From: Alphaproteobacteria bacterium
GTDB taxonomy: Bacteria > Pseudomonadota > Alphaproteobacteria > GCA-2746255
Direction of reading: 5' to 3'
Length of the DNA stretch: 64,000 nt
NCBI GenBank assembly: GCA_021296325.1
Contig: JAGWAR010000001.1
Span: 151,159-215,158 of the forward strand
How positions within the stretch are numbered: the stretch's first letter is position 1; every line of letters starts with the position of its first letter. This document shows positions 9,406 through 19,882 of the stretch, piece by piece. A program made the translations under genes and the position numbers. The notes beneath the pieces were generated by a model. That model saw only the letters and a list, made by a program, of their open reading frames with translations, was not told where the DNA came from and searched no databases.

Positions 9406-10935
9406 ATGGTCGCGCGGATCGCCACCGTCGCGTTCACCGGCATCGACGTAAGGGAAGTCGACGTTCAGGTGCGGATCGCCAACGGGCTGCCGGCCTTCAC
9501 GATCGTGGGCCTGGCCGACAAGGCGGTGGGTGAATCGCGCGAGCGCGTCCGCGCCGCCCTCGAATCGATGGGGCTGTCGCTGCCGCCGAAACGGATCACC
9601 GTCAATTTGGCGCCCGCCGATCTCCTGAAGGAAGGCAGCCATTTCGATCTGCCCATCGCGCTGGCGCTTTTGGCCGCCATGGGCGTCTTGGCGGCCGACG
9701 GGATCGCCGAATATTTCGCCATGGGCGAACTTTCCCTCGACGGGGGGTTGAGCGCCGGGGCCGGCGTTTTGCCGGCCGCGATCGCAGCCTCGGCGAAGGG
9801 CCGTGGCTTCATCTGCCCGGGGCCCTGTGGCCCGGAGGCGGCCTTCGCCGAAGGGATCGAGGTGCTGGCGCCGCCGAGCCTGCTGGCGCTGCTCAACCAT
9901 TTCAAGGGAAGCCAGGTGCTCTCCCCGCCCCTGCCCGAGCTGGAGGCGGCGGCGGAAACCTATCTCGACCTGGCCGACGTGAAGGGCCAGGAAACCGCCA
10001 AGCGGGCCCTGGAGATCAGCGCCGCCGGGGGCCACAACCTCTTGATGATCGGCCCGCCGGGGGCCGGCAAATCGCTGCTTGCCCAACGGCTTCCAGGCTT
10101 GCTGCCGCCGCTCGATTCGCGGGAGGCGCTGGAAGTCAGCATGATCCAGAGCGTCGCCGGCGAGCTTCGGGAAAGGCGCCTTTCGAAACGCCGGCCCTTT
10201 CGGGATCCCCACCATTCCGCCTCGCTGCCGGCCCTGGTCGGCGGCGGCGCCAAGGCTCGGCCCGGCGAGGTGTCGCTCGCCCATCACGGCATCCTGTTCC
10301 TGGACGAGCTGCCGGAATTTTCGCGCCAGACCCTGGAGGCGCTGCGCCAGCCGCTGGAGGCGGGCCGGGTCAGCATCGCCCGGGCCAACGCGCACGTGAC
10401 CTACCCGGCCCGGGTGCAGTTGGTAGCCGCGATGAACCCCTGCCGCTGCGGCTATTTCGGGGATCCGACCCAGGATTGCGGACGGGCACCGAAATGCGCC
10501 GTCGAGTATCAGGCGAAAATTTCCGGGCCGCTGTTCGACCGCATCGACCTGCACGTCGACGTGCCGGCCGTGGCGGCGGACGATCTCGCCTTGCCGGCGG
10601 CGACGGAAAATTCCGAAGCCGTGCGCGCCCGCGTGATCGCCGCCCGCAAGCGCCAGACGGACCGCTATGCCAAGCTTGCGCCCGACGCCGGCGTTCGCGT
10701 GAACGCGGAAGCCGATGGCGAATTGCTGGAAGACGTGGCGCACCCCGATGCGCAAGGAAAGGCATTGCTTGGCGAGGCGGTGGAGAAACTGAAACTGACG
10801 GCCAGGGGCTATCACCGCATCCTGCGCGTCGCCCGCACGCTGGCCGATCTGGAAGGAAGCGACAACGTGAACCGTCTTCACATCGCCGAGGCGCTGACCT
10901 TCCGGCGCATCGTGCCGGGAAGAAGCCCGCTTTAG
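9406..10935 (+). CDS. comM: ComM/YifB Mg-chelatase-like AAA+ ATPase
   Basis: ITVNLAPADLLKEGSHFDLPIA, Walker A GPPGAGKS, LFLDELPEF and AAMNPCRCG. Confidence 0.93.
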   Translation: MVARIATVAFTGIDVREVDVQVRIANGLPAFTIVGLADKAVGESRERVRAALESMGLSLPPKRITVNLAPADLLKEGSHFDLPIALALLAAMGVLAADGIAEYFAMGELSLDGGLSAGAGVLPAAIAASAKGRGFICPGPCGPEAAFAEGIEVLAPPSLLALLNHFKGSQVLSPPLPELEAAAETYLDLADVKGQETAKRALEISAAGGHNLLMIGPPGAGKSLLAQRLPGLLPPLDSREALEVSMIQSVAGELRERRLSKRRPFRDPHHSASLPALVGGGAKARPGEVSLAHHGILFLDELPEFSRQTLEALRQPLEAGRVSIARANAHVTYPARVQLVAAMNPCRCGYFGDPTQDCGRAPKCAVEYQAKISGPLFDRIDLHVDVPAVAADDLALPAATENSEAVRARVIAARKRQTDRYAKLAPDAGVRVNAEADGELLEDVAHPDAQGKALLGEAVEKLKLTARGYHRILRVARTLADLEGSDNVNRLHIAEALTFRRIVPGRSPL

Positions 10936-11306
10936 CCTTTCGGCAGGCTGATCATCCGGCCCAGTTGCGTGCCGCCGAAAACGTGCACATGAAAATGCGG
11001 CACTTCCTGATGCGCGTTCGCGCCATGATTGGCGAGGATGCGATAACCGCCTTCTTCCAATCCAAGTTCGCGCGCGACCTTGCCGACGGCACGAAAGAAA
11101 CCGGCGATTTCTTCCGGCGTTGCGCGATCGGAAAAATCCGCCATCGAAACGTAGTCCCCCTTCGGGATCACCAGCACGTGCACCGGTGCCTGGGGATTGA
11201 TGTCGTGAAAGGCGAGCGCGTGATCGTCTTCATGGACCTTGTCGCAGGGAATCTCGCCGCGCAGGATCTTCGCAAAGATGTTGTTCGGATCGTACATGGC
11301 GTTCAC
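10932..11306 (-). CDS. hinT: Histidine triad (HIT) nucleotide-binding protein
   Basis: NIFAKILRGEIP and HFHVH triad. Confidence 0.9.
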   Translation of the reverse strand: MNAMYDPNNIFAKILRGEIPCDKVHEDDHALAFHDINPQAPVHVLVIPKGDYVSMADFSDRATPEEIAGFFRAVGKVARELGLEEGGYRILANHGANAHQEVPHFHVHVFGGTQLGRMISLPKG

Positions 11307-11650
11307 GCCTTCCCTCGCCGCGCGTTTTTTTCCTCGATCCCGGACGTGCCCTCCCGGCGTTTGAGCTCGTCGAAGACCTCTTCCAGCGTCACGTCTTTCG
11401 CCGCCAGAAGCGTGAGCAGGTGATAAAGCAAATCCGCGCTTTCGTGAACGAGGGCGGCACGGTCCTGTTGCGTGGCGGCGAGGATCGTTTCCGCCGTTTC
11501 CTCGTCGAGCTTGGCGGCGATCTTGTCGACCCCTTCCGCCAGCAACTGCGCCGTGTAGGAGCTTTCCGGGTCGGCCCCCCGGCGGCTTTCGATCACCGCG
11601 AAAAGCCGGGAAAGAACCGCCTCTTTTTTCGCATCCGTCATGAAAGGCAC
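11303..11650 (-). CDS. hisE: Phosphoribosyl-ATP pyrophosphatase
   Basis: SSYTAQL, KLDEE and ESADLLYH motifs; within his cluster. Confidence 0.94.
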   Translation of the reverse strand: MPFMTDAKKEAVLSRLFAVIESRRGADPESSYTAQLLAEGVDKIAAKLDEETAETILAATQQDRAALVHESADLLYHLLTLLAAKDVTLEEVFDELKRREGTSGIEEKNARRGKA

Positions 11651-11674
11651 CTTAAACGCGCCATGCCGAAAGGG

Positions 11675-12448
11675 CTAGATTTGCGAGTGCGTCTGGCGGA
11701 CCGGAATCCCGGCCGCCGCCAGATGGGCCTTTGCCTCGTGGATCGCGTGCTCGCCGAAATGGAAGATGGAGGCGGCCAAGAGGCCCCAGGCGTGCCCCTC
11801 GCGCACGCCTTCGACGAAGTGATCGAGATTGCCGACCCCGCCCGAGGCGATGATGGGGATCGGCACGGCGTCCGCGACCTGCCGGGTAAGCGCGATCTCG
11901 AACCCTTTCCGCGTGCCGTCCCGGTCCATCGAGGTCAGCAGAATTTCACCGGCGCCGGAAGCCGCCATGCGTTTCGCCCATTCGATGGCATCGATGCCGG
12001 TTTCCTTCCGCCCGCCATGAGTGAAAATCTCGTAACGGCCGGAAGAAACGCGTTTCGCGTCCAACGCGACGACGATGCATTGGGTGCCGAAGCGCATCGC
12101 CGCTTCCGAAACGAATTCGGGCCTTTCGATGGCGGCGGTGTTGATCGAAACCTTGTCGGCGCCGGCCAGCAAGAGGCGGCGGATGTCGTCCGTCGTCCGG
12201 ACGCCGCCGCCCACCGTCAGCGGCATGAAGCAGCGCTCCGCCGTGCCGGCAACGACGTCGTAGATGGTTTCGCGGTTTTCATGAGACGCCGTGATGTCGA
12301 GAAAGCAAAGTTCGTCCGCTTCCTCGCGGTCGTAGATCGTCGCCTGTTCGACCGGATCGCCGGCGTCTTTCAGATCGACGAAGTTGACGCCCTTGACGAC
12401 GCGGCCGTCCTTGACGTCGAGACAGGGAATGATGCGCGCCTTAAGCAT
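11675..12448 (-). CDS. hisF: Imidazole glycerol phosphate synthase cyclase subunit
   Basis: [20 protein letters not shown] from ATG 12448; [11 protein letters not shown]. Confidence 0.97.
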   Translation of the reverse strand: MLKARIIPCLDVKDGRVVKGVNFVDLKDAGDPVEQATIYDREEADELCFLDITASHENRETIYDVVAGTAERCFMPLTVGGGVRTTDDIRRLLLAGADKVSINTAAIERPEFVSEAAMRFGTQCIVVALDAKRVSSGRYEIFTHGGRKETGIDAIEWAKRMAASGAGEILLTSMDRDGTRKGFEIALTRQVADAVPIPIIASGGVGNLDHFVEGVREGHAWGLLAASIFHFGEHAIHEAKAHLAAAGIPVRQTHSQI

Positions 12449-13175
12449 CCGTCTCCTCCGCCATGCGCAGGGCTTCCTTGGGATCGATCCGGCCGTCGTA
12501 AAGGGCGCGGCCGATAATGGCACCGGCGATGCCGCTTGCCTCGCATGCCTTCAAGGCGCGCACGTCGTCGAGCGAGGCAAAGCCGCCCGAGGCGATGACC
12601 GGAACGTCCAACGCCTCGGCCAGCGCCGCCGTCGCCTCGAGGTTGGGCCCCCGCATCGTGCCGTCGCGCTGAATGTCCGTGTAGATGATCGCGGCGACGT
12701 TCGCGTCCTCATAGCGACGGGCGAGGTCAAGCGCCTTCACTTCGGTTGCCTCTTTCCAGCCTTTCGTCGCAACGCGGCCCTGCCAGGCGTCGATGCCGAC
12801 GGCGATCTTTTCCGGGTGCCGCCGCGCCGCCTCGACGACGAGGTCGGGCTGCTCGAGGGCAATCGTGCCAAGCACGACGCGGGAAATGCCGGCGGCAAGC
12901 CAGGCCTCGATCGCGTCCAGATCCCGGATGCCGCCGCCAAGCTGCACGGGAAGCGCGATTGCCTCGACAATTTTGCGAACGGCATCTCCGTTCACCGCCC
13001 GGCCCGCCACCGCGCCGTCGAGATCGACGACGTGGAGCCAGGCGAAGCCCGCCGCGGCGAAGCTTTTCGCCTGGGCCGACGGGTCGTCGTTGAAGCGCAC
13101 GACCTTTTCCATGTCGCCCTGCCACAGGCGCACGCAGGCGCCGTCCTTCAGATCGATGGCCGGATAAAGAATCAT
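12441..13175 (-). CDS. hisA: ProFAR isomerase
   Basis: [17 protein letters not shown] from ATG 13175; [15 protein letters not shown]. Confidence 0.97.
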   Translation of the reverse strand: MILYPAIDLKDGACVRLWQGDMEKVVRFNDDPSAQAKSFAAAGFAWLHVVDLDGAVAGRAVNGDAVRKIVEAIALPVQLGGGIRDLDAIEAWLAAGISRVVLGTIALEQPDLVVEAARRHPEKIAVGIDAWQGRVATKGWKEATEVKALDLARRYEDANVAAIIYTDIQRDGTMRGPNLEATAALAEALDVPVIASGGFASLDDVRALKACEASGIAGAIIGRALYDGRIDPKEALRMAEETDA

Positions 13176-13176
13176 C

Positions 13177-13821
13177 TTACGGCCGCCAGCGCAGGAAATT
13201 GGCCAGCAGGCGAAGGCCGACGCGCTGGCTTTTTTCCGGGTGAAACTGGGTGCCGGCCAGGTTGTCCCGGCCGACCGCGGCGGTGACCGGGCCGCCGTAA
13301 TCGACGGTGGCGAGCAGCTCGTTCCCGTGGGCCGGCGCCAGGGCGAAGCTGTGCACGAAATAGGCGTGCGCGCCCGCCGGAATCCCCTTGAAAAGCGGGT
13401 GATCCGGGGCCTCGAAGGCAAGCTCGTTCCAGCCCATATGCGGCACCTTCAATGCTTTTTCCCTTGGCGCGACCGGCACGACCTCGCCCTCGATCCAGCC
13501 GAAGCCGGGATGCGTGCCGTGCTCGTGACTCTTGTCCGCCATCAGCTGCATGCCGACGCAGATGCCGAGGAAGGGACGCGGCTTCGTGACGGCGATTTCC
13601 TGAAGCGCCTCTTCCATGCCCGAAAGTTTGGCAAGCCCGGCCCGGCAATCCGCAAAGGCGCCGACGCCGGGAAGAACGACGTGGGTGGCGCGCTTTACCA
13701 CCTCGGCCTTCGCCGTCACCTCGATCGAAAGGTCGAGCGCCTCTTCGCGCGCCGCAGCCTCCAGCGCCTTTGCCGCCGAACGCAGATTGCCCGAACCGTA
13801 ATCGATGATGGCGACGCTCAT
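13177..13821 (-). CDS. hisH: IGP synthase glutamine amidotransferase subunit
   Basis: [21 protein letters not shown] and QFHPEKS. Confidence 0.97.
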   Translation of the reverse strand: MSVAIIDYGSGNLRSAAKALEAAAREEALDLSIEVTAKAEVVKRATHVVLPGVGAFADCRAGLAKLSGMEEALQEIAVTKPRPFLGICVGMQLMADKSHEHGTHPGFGWIEGEVVPVAPREKALKVPHMGWNELAFEAPDHPLFKGIPAGAHAYFVHSFALAPAHGNELLATVDYGGPVTAAVGRDNLAGTQFHPEKSQRVGLRLLANFLRWRP

Positions 13822-14195
13822 CGGGCGTGATCGTAGTAGCGCCGCGCAGCAGTCTCGCGGGTTTCCCCGCTTACGACGCCTTCAAACGCGTAACCCTTGG
13901 ACCGAAGCGTCCGCCGCCGCCAGTCATTGGCGAAGAACCCGACGATCACGAGATAGCCGAACAGAACGATGCCGCGCACCACCGGATCGACGCCAAGCGC
14001 CGTGAGTCCAACGTTCAGCGCAAGCTGAACCGCGATCAAAACGACACCGGCCAGCCACATCCGGTTCCAGAAGGCCCACAGGCCGGTGAAGAAGAAGGCC
14101 GGCCAGGCAAAGGCCTCTTTCACGAAGACGGTTTCCGCCTCGTCTCTTTCGTTTACGGGGTCGAACCGATGGACCGTATAGATCGCCATCGTCAA
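13818..14195 (-). CDS. DUF2628-type small membrane protein
   Basis: [18 protein letters not shown] motif with two hydrophobic helices; hisB-hisH position typical of alphaproteobacteria. Confidence 0.75.
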   Translation of the reverse strand: MTMAIYTVHRFDPVNERDEAETVFVKEAFAWPAFFFTGLWAFWNRMWLAGVVLIAVQLALNVGLTALGVDPVVRGIVLFGYLVIVGFFANDWRRRTLRSKGYAFEGVVSGETRETAARRYYDHAR

Positions 14196-14213
14196 TCCAG
14201 CCTTGCTGCGTAA

Positions 14214-14813
14214 TTAAAGCGAACCGCCGAGGACGCCCTTCGTGGACGGAACCTCTTCCGCCTGCCGGGGATCGACCGCAATCGCCATGCGAAGTGCCCG
14301 CGCCAATCCCTTGAAACACGACTCGATAATGTGGTGCGTGTTTTCCCCGTATAGGTTCTCTATATGAAGCGTGATCCCGGCGGCTTGCGCGAACGCCTGA
14401 AACCATTCCTTGAAAAGTTCGACGTCCATGTCGCCCACTTTCGGGCGGTCGAACTGCACTTTCCAGATCAGGTAGGGCCGCATGGACGCGTCCAGCACGA
14501 CACGGGTCAGCGTTTCGTCCATCGGAATGGTGGCCACGCCGTAACGGACGATGCCACGCCGTTCGCCAAGCGCGTCGCTCACCGCCTGGCCGATGACGAT
14601 GCCGGTGTCTTCCGTCGTGTGATGTCCGTCGATGCGCAGATCGCCTTCGGCTTTCAGCGTGATATCGATCAGGCTGTGGCGGGAAAGCTGCTCCAGCATG
14701 TGATCGAGGAAACCGATCCCGGTCGTCACGTCGTAAAGACCGGTGCCGTCCAGGTCGATTTCCGCCTGGATCCGCGTTTCCTTCGTTTTGCGCTCGACGC
14801 GCGCTTGGCGCAT
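14214..14813 (-). CDS. hisB: Imidazoleglycerol-phosphate dehydratase
   Basis: [24 protein letters not shown] and NTHHIIES; start ATG 14813. Confidence 0.97.
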   Translation of the reverse strand: MRQARVERKTKETRIQAEIDLDGTGLYDVTTGIGFLDHMLEQLSRHSLIDITLKAEGDLRIDGHHTTEDTGIVIGQAVSDALGERRGIVRYGVATIPMDETLTRVVLDASMRPYLIWKVQFDRPKVGDMDVELFKEWFQAFAQAAGITLHIENLYGENTHHIIESCFKGLARALRMAIAVDPRQAEEVPSTKGVLGGSL

Positions 14814-14908
14814 GGCCCGCGTCCTCGTGTTGGGTCCGATTCGCGCCGTTCTACCAAGATCCAAGGGAAACCGCCAGCCTTCCCGCTTTTCGCCTTGGGC
14901 GACGCGGC

Positions 14909-14938
14909 CTTGACCTGGGTCGCCGATTCCCCACATCT
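14909..14938 (+). promoter_or_regulatory. Putative RpoH promoter of hslVU
   Basis: CTTGAC-N14-CCCCACATCT about 50 bp upstream of hslV. Confidence 0.55.
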
Positions 14939-14990
14939 TTGGGTGAGACATCACCCCGCCCACCCCGATCCCCCTGCTCAAGAAGGAACG

Positions 14991-15539
14991 ATGGCCGAAA
15001 GCGACGCGAAGACCTGGCACGGGACGACGATCCTCTGCGTACAGAAGGGGGGTCACACCGTCATTGCCGGCGACGGCCAGGTGAGCCTCGGCAACACCGT
15101 CGTCAAGACGACCGCCAGGAAGGTCCGCCGGCTCTCCGATGGCAAGGTCATCTCCGGCTTCGCGGGCGCGACGGCGGACGCGTTCGCCCTTTTCGAGCGG
15201 CTGGAGGCCCGGCTGGAGCAGCACCCCGGCCAGTTGACCCGGGCCGCCGTCGAGATGGCGAAGGACTGGCGGACGGACCGTTACCTGCGCCGCCTCGAAG
15301 CGATGATGGCGGTCGCCGACAAGGACGCGGCCCTGTTGATTTCCGGCACCGGCGACGTGCTGGAGCCTGAGGACGGGCTGATCGGCATCGGATCGGGCGG
15401 TAATTTCGCGCTGGCCGCGGCCCGGGCGCTGATGACGGCCTCGGAGCTGGACGCCGAGGCGGTCGCGCGGCGCGCCATGGAAATCGCCGCCGGCATCTGC
15501 GTCTATACGAACACCAATCTCACCATCGAAACGATCTAG
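14991..15539 (+). CDS. hslV: ATP-dependent protease peptidase subunit HslV
   Basis: [20 protein letters not shown] and GSGG motifs; ATG 14991 follows the RBS AAGGA. Confidence 0.97.
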   Translation: MAESDAKTWHGTTILCVQKGGHTVIAGDGQVSLGNTVVKTTARKVRRLSDGKVISGFAGATADAFALFERLEARLEQHPGQLTRAAVEMAKDWRTDRYLRRLEAMMAVADKDAALLISGTGDVLEPEDGLIGIGSGGNFALAAARALMTASELDAEAVARRAMEIAAGICVYTNTNLTIETI

Positions 15540-15542
15540 GCG

Positions 15543-16865
15543 ATGAACGCCCACCGCGCTTTCTTCTCTCCCAGGGAGATCGTCTCCGAACTTGACCGTT
15601 ACATCGTCGGTCAGGACGACGCCAAGCGCGCCGTCGCGATTGCGCTTCGCAATCGCTGGCGGCGCCAGCAACTGCCGGAGGCGCTGCGCGAAGAAGTGTT
15701 GCCGAAGAACATTCTGATGATCGGACCCACCGGTTGCGGCAAGACGGAAATTGCCCGCCGCCTGGCGCGGCTTGCCCAAGCACCTTTCCTGAAGGTGGAG
15801 GCAACGAAATTTACGGAAGTGGGTTACGTCGGGCGCGACGTCGAACAGATCGTCCGCGACCTTCTCGAAACCGCGCTTCTGATGACACGGGAAAGGATGC
15901 GCCGCGACGTGGCGGCGAAAGCGGAAGAACTTGCCGAAGAACGCCTGCTGAACGCGCTGGTCGGTGACGATGCGTCGCCCGAGACCCGCGAAAAGTTCCG
16001 GCGCATGTTGCGCGCCGGCGAACTCGACAATCGTGAAATCGAACTGGAGCTTTCCGATCACGGCACCGCCTCAATGCCGACCATCGAGGTTCCGGGCATG
16101 CCAGGCGCGCAGATGGGCATGCTCAATCTGGGCGACATCTTCGGCAAGGCCTTCGGCGGACAACGCAAAGCGAAGCGGCTGACGATTCCCCAGGCGACGG
16201 AAGCGCTGCTGGCGGAAGAAAGCGACAAGCTTCTCGATCAAGACCGCGTGCTCAAGGAAGCGATCGCCGAGACGGAACAGAACGGCATCGTCTTTCTGGA
16301 CGAGATCGACAAGATCACCGCGCGTTCCGACATTCGCGGCGCGGAAGTAAGCCGCGAAGGCGTGCAGCGGGACCTGTTGCCGCTGATCGAGGGAACGACG
16401 GTGGCGACGAAACATGGTGCCGTGAAGACGGACCATATTCTGTTCATCGCCTCGGGCGCCTTCCATCTGGCGAAACCTTCCGATCTGCTTCCGGAACTGC
16501 AGGGCCGGCTTCCCATACGGGTCGAGCTGAAGGCCCTGACGAAGGCCGATTTCGTGCGGATTTTGACCGAACCGGAGGCAAGCCTGGTCACCCAGTACCG
16601 CGCCCTGCTGGCGACGGAGGAGGTGACGCTCGACTTCACGGAGGATGCCATCGGCGAGATCGCCGGCATCGCCTCGGACGTAAACCGTAACGTCGAGAAC
16701 ATCGGGGCAAGGCGGCTGCACACGATCATGGAGCGGCTTTTGGAAGAGATCAGCTTCACGGCCACCGACCGAAGCGGCGAACGGATCGAGATCGACGCGA
16801 ACTACGTCCGCGAGCGGGTCGGCGATCTGGCCAAGAACGCCGACCTTTCGAAGTTCATTCTTTAG
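15543..16865 (+). CDS. hslU: ATP-dependent protease ATPase subunit HslU
   Basis: [26 protein letters not shown] and NIGARRL. Confidence 0.98.
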   Translation: MNAHRAFFSPREIVSELDRYIVGQDDAKRAVAIALRNRWRRQQLPEALREEVLPKNILMIGPTGCGKTEIARRLARLAQAPFLKVEATKFTEVGYVGRDVEQIVRDLLETALLMTRERMRRDVAAKAEELAEERLLNALVGDDASPETREKFRRMLRAGELDNREIELELSDHGTASMPTIEVPGMPGAQMGMLNLGDIFGKAFGGQRKAKRLTIPQATEALLAEESDKLLDQDRVLKEAIAETEQNGIVFLDEIDKITARSDIRGAEVSREGVQRDLLPLIEGTTVATKHGAVKTDHILFIASGAFHLAKPSDLLPELQGRLPIRVELKALTKADFVRILTEPEASLVTQYRALLATEEVTLDFTEDAIGEIAGIASDVNRNVENIGARRLHTIMERLLEEISFTATDRSGERIEIDANYVRERVGDLAKNADLSKFIL

Positions 16866-16874
16866 GCGCCCCGC

Positions 16875-17240
16875 TTACTTCTGCTTCCCGTCGTTCCGAA
16901 GAATTTGCAAAAGCCGGTCGATCGTTGCCTCCGGCAGGTGACGGATGCGCCGCGCAAATTCGTTGGCAAGCTCGGTCGTCTTCGGGGGAAGACCCGCGGT
17001 ATCGACCGTGACGCGCGGGTCCGAAAGCCGGACGAGAGCGTCGAGTTCTTCCTGTTCCTCCCAACCAAGCTCGAAATAGGTGGCAATCTGCAACACCAGC
17101 ATGCGTCGCGGGCGGCCGCGTTTGCCATGTTCGAGCGCGGAAAGATAGGCGGCGGAAATCTGCAAATCTTCCGCCATGCGTTTCAGCGTCAATTCGCGGG
17201 CGGCGCGAAGCTCGCGCATTTTGGCACCGAAGGGTGTCAT
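16875..17240 (-). CDS. XRE-family HTH transcriptional regulator
   Basis: MTPFGAKMRELR...SAAYLSALEHGKRG Cro/C1-type HTH; start overlaps the smr stop (ATGA). Confidence 0.85.
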   Translation of the reverse strand: MTPFGAKMRELRAARELTLKRMAEDLQISAAYLSALEHGKRGRPRRMLVLQIATYFELGWEEQEELDALVRLSDPRVTVDTAGLPPKTTELANEFARRIRHLPEATIDRLLQILRNDGKQK

Positions 17241-17782
17241 GGTTTGGGCCGCGCCTTTCGCAGGCGAACGTAAAGGGCGCCCGCCCCGCCGTGACGGTCC
17301 TTCGCCTTCGAATGATCGAGCACGATGGCGGCAAGGGGGGATTCCTGAAGCCAGCGCGGCACGTTTTTGCGAAGCACGCCGCCGCCTTCCTTGGCCGACC
17401 CCTTGCCGGTGACGATGAGGACCGTGCGCTTGCCCTCCCGCTGGGCGCGCGGCAAAGCGGCGTTGAGCGTCCGGTGGGCCTCGGCCTGGGTCATGCCGTG
17501 CAGATCGAGCGTTGCCTCGATGGCAAGCTGGCCGCGTTTTAACCGCAGGGACGAACGCCGGTCGTGACCGGCCTTTTGCGCAGTCTCCTTCGGCGCAGGT
17601 TCCTTCTTCGGCGCAACGGCTGCTGGCGGCGGCGGTTTCTTTGGTGGCGGCGCCGGCGGTGTTTTTTTCGAAGGCCCGGATTTCGCAATCCGCTTCTTCG
17701 AACCCAGCGGACGCGTTCCCGCCTTCACGGAACGCCAAAGCTCGTCCTCTGCCGCCGGCTTGTCCTTCGAGGGAGGCGCCAT
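17237..17782 (-). CDS. Smr/MutS2 domain protein
   Basis: LDLHGMT, LIVTGKG and HGGAGALYV motifs. Confidence 0.92.
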   Translation of the reverse strand: MAPPSKDKPAAEDELWRSVKAGTRPLGSKKRIAKSGPSKKTPPAPPPKKPPPPAAVAPKKEPAPKETAQKAGHDRRSSLRLKRGQLAIEATLDLHGMTQAEAHRTLNAALPRAQREGKRTVLIVTGKGSAKEGGGVLRKNVPRWLQESPLAAIVLDHSKAKDRHGGAGALYVRLRKARPKP

Positions 17783-17783
17783 C

Positions 17784-18467
17784 CTATTCGCCTTCGCTTA
17801 CATAAATCCGAAGCTGTTTCGGCCCGTGGGCGCCAAGCTGCATCTGCTGTTCGATGTCGGCGGTGCGTGACGGGCCGGTCACGAACATGGCGGCCGAGGG
17901 AAGGCCGGGGACCTCCCGCCGCAACGCGGCAAGGGCTTCCTCCATCGTGCCGAAGAGGCGCGATACGGGCAGCAGCACGACGTGCAGATCAGCAAGCAGG
18001 TGGACCGACATCGGGCTTTCGGGCGTGGCGACCAGCAGCAGGCTTCCCGTTTCGGCGATGCCGGCGGCGGCCACGGCGATGCTGGCCCGCGTCCCCTCGT
18101 CGGCGCGGCCGTGGCGCAGCGCGATCCCGGCTTCTTCCCAGGGCAGGCCGTCCAGCAGGGGATCGGCCGTGGCAAGCAGGCCTTCGTTGCCCCTGTTTTC
18201 GCGAACCAGCGGCGCCACTTGTTCGGGCAACTCTGCGGCGGAAGCGATGCGGGCCGTTTCCGCCTTGGCCTCGGCGGCCATCCGCAGAAAAAGCGCGACC
18301 GTCGCCTCGCCCGCAACCCTGCCGCGGGCCGGCAGCGGGTGGACGGGCGGGTCGGCGAGGCGGCCATCCACCTCCGCCCGCATGGCGCGAAGGCGTTCCG
18401 GCGGGGCGGCGGGGCGCCCGAGGCGTTCCCGAAGGCGGCCCAGAATGGCGGCGCGCGCTTCCGTCAT
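17784..18467 (-). CDS. lutC: Lactate utilization protein C (LutC/YkgG, LUD domain)
   Basis: GIAETGSL and TGPSRTADIE..GAHGP motifs; start overlaps the lutB stop. Confidence 0.9.
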   Translation of the reverse strand: MTEARAAILGRLRERLGRPAAPPERLRAMRAEVDGRLADPPVHPLPARGRVAGEATVALFLRMAAEAKAETARIASAAELPEQVAPLVRENRGNEGLLATADPLLDGLPWEEAGIALRHGRADEGTRASIAVAAAGIAETGSLLLVATPESPMSVHLLADLHVVLLPVSRLFGTMEEALAALRREVPGLPSAAMFVTGPSRTADIEQQMQLGAHGPKQLRIYVSEGE

Positions 18468-19879
18468 GGCCGCCGCTTCCTTTGGCCGCGAAAGGCCGCC
18501 TGAAAGGTCGTGCCTTCGGGGGCCGGAAACCGCCCGCCCCAGCCGCCGGCCCGGGGCCAGACCCGGAGGAAGCCCCGCCTTCGGCCACGCCGCGCAAAGG
18601 CGACGCCAAGCCGGGCCAGGCCGTGATAAAGGGCCGGGCGGCGGGCGCAAAAGGCCCAGAGGCCAAGGGAAAGCCGGGCCAGGAGCGGGGGGCTGCCCGC
18701 CCGGGCCTGGCCCTCGCGCAGGCGGCGCAACAGGCTCACCAGCGGAATGCGCATCGGGCAGACCTCTTCGCAGCGCCCGCAGAAGGTGGAGGCATTGGGA
18801 AGGGGCACCGCCCGCTCGCGCCCTTCCAGCAGCGGCGTCAGCACGGCCCCCATCGGGCCCGTATAGACCGCGCCATAAGCATGGCCCCCCGTCACGCCAT
18901 AGACGGGACAGTGGTTGAGACAGGCCCCGCAGCGGATGCAACGCAACATGTCCTCGAACTCGCTTTTCAAAAGCGCGCTGCGCCCATTGTCGAGCAGCAG
19001 CACGTGGAAGGCTTCGGGCCCGTCCACCTCGCCCGGCCTCCTCGGGCCGGAGACGAAGCTGGTATAGGTCGCCGCTTCCTGGCCCGTCGCCGAACGGCTT
19101 AACAGGCGCAGGATCACCGACGCGTCCAGCAGGGTCGGCACGATTTTTTCGATGCTGGCGATCACGATGTGCACGCGCGGCAGGGTCCGTGCAAGATCGA
19201 TGTTTCCCTCGTTCGAAAGAAGAACGACGCTTCCCGTTTCGGCAACCAGAAGGTTGGCGCCGCTGATGCCGACATCGGCGGAAAGAAACCGCCGGCGCAT
19301 GATCTGCCGCGCTTCGTCGACCAGCTCGCGCGGCGCGTCCAGGGAACGGTCGGGCGAAAAATCCGCATGGCGCTGCCGAAACGTGTCGGCGATCTGGCCG
19401 CGCTTCAAGTGAATGGCGGGCGCGATGATGTGGCTGGGCGGTTCCTTGCGAAGCTGGATGATGTACTCGCCAAGGTCCGTCTCGACCGGCTCAACCCCGT
19501 TCGCATTCAGAAAATCGTTGATGGCGATTTCTTCCGTGATCATGGACTTGGCCTTCACCACCGTCCTTGCGCCCACGTCCTTGCAAATTGAAAGAATGGT
19601 TTCGCGCGCCTCTTCGTTCGTCCCGCACCTGTGAACGCGAACGCCATTTGCTTCGACCTTGCTTTCGAACCGCTCGAGATAGAAATCGAGCAGCCCGAGC
19701 GTATGGTCCTTGATGGCCACGGCGCGGTCCTGGAGATCCGAAAATTCCGGCAGGCGGGCAACGGCGTGGGTGCGTTTTTCCTGAAAGCCGCGTTTCAGGT
19801 TTTTCAGCGCGTCCTGAAGGTCGGCGTCCTTCAGCGCACGGGCGGAACGTTCGCGAAAGGCGTTCGAGGTGATCTCCAT
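18464..19879 (-). CDS. lutB: Lactate utilization Fe-S protein B (LutB/LldF)
   Basis: ETDLGEYIIQL, PSHIIAPA, CIRCGACLNHCP and CGRCEEVCP. Confidence 0.95.
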   Translation of the reverse strand: MEITSNAFRERSARALKDADLQDALKNLKRGFQEKRTHAVARLPEFSDLQDRAVAIKDHTLGLLDFYLERFESKVEANGVRVHRCGTNEEARETILSICKDVGARTVVKAKSMITEEIAINDFLNANGVEPVETDLGEYIIQLRKEPPSHIIAPAIHLKRGQIADTFRQRHADFSPDRSLDAPRELVDEARQIMRRRFLSADVGISGANLLVAETGSVVLLSNEGNIDLARTLPRVHIVIASIEKIVPTLLDASVILRLLSRSATGQEAATYTSFVSGPRRPGEVDGPEAFHVLLLDNGRSALLKSEFEDMLRCIRCGACLNHCPVYGVTGGHAYGAVYTGPMGAVLTPLLEGRERAVPLPNASTFCGRCEEVCPMRIPLVSLLRRLREGQARAGSPPLLARLSLGLWAFCARRPALYHGLARLGVAFARRGRRRGFLRVWPRAGGWGGRFPAPEGTTFQAAFRGQRKRRP

Positions 19880-19882
19880 CCC

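Noticed and set aside
12441..16061. Apparent long N-terminal extensions or fusions on hisA, hisB and hslV (also lutC, XRE, dnaQ, amtB, thiE-like) in the ORF track
   Set aside because: Artefacts of taking the first possible start; conserved N-termini and RBSs place the real starts downstream
18464..18760. Extremely GC-rich, Arg/Gly/Pro-rich 3' end of lutB as a frameshift or separate element
   Set aside because: The frame stays open, ends with the LutB-like W..GR.FPAPEG.TF tail, and is coupled to the lutC start
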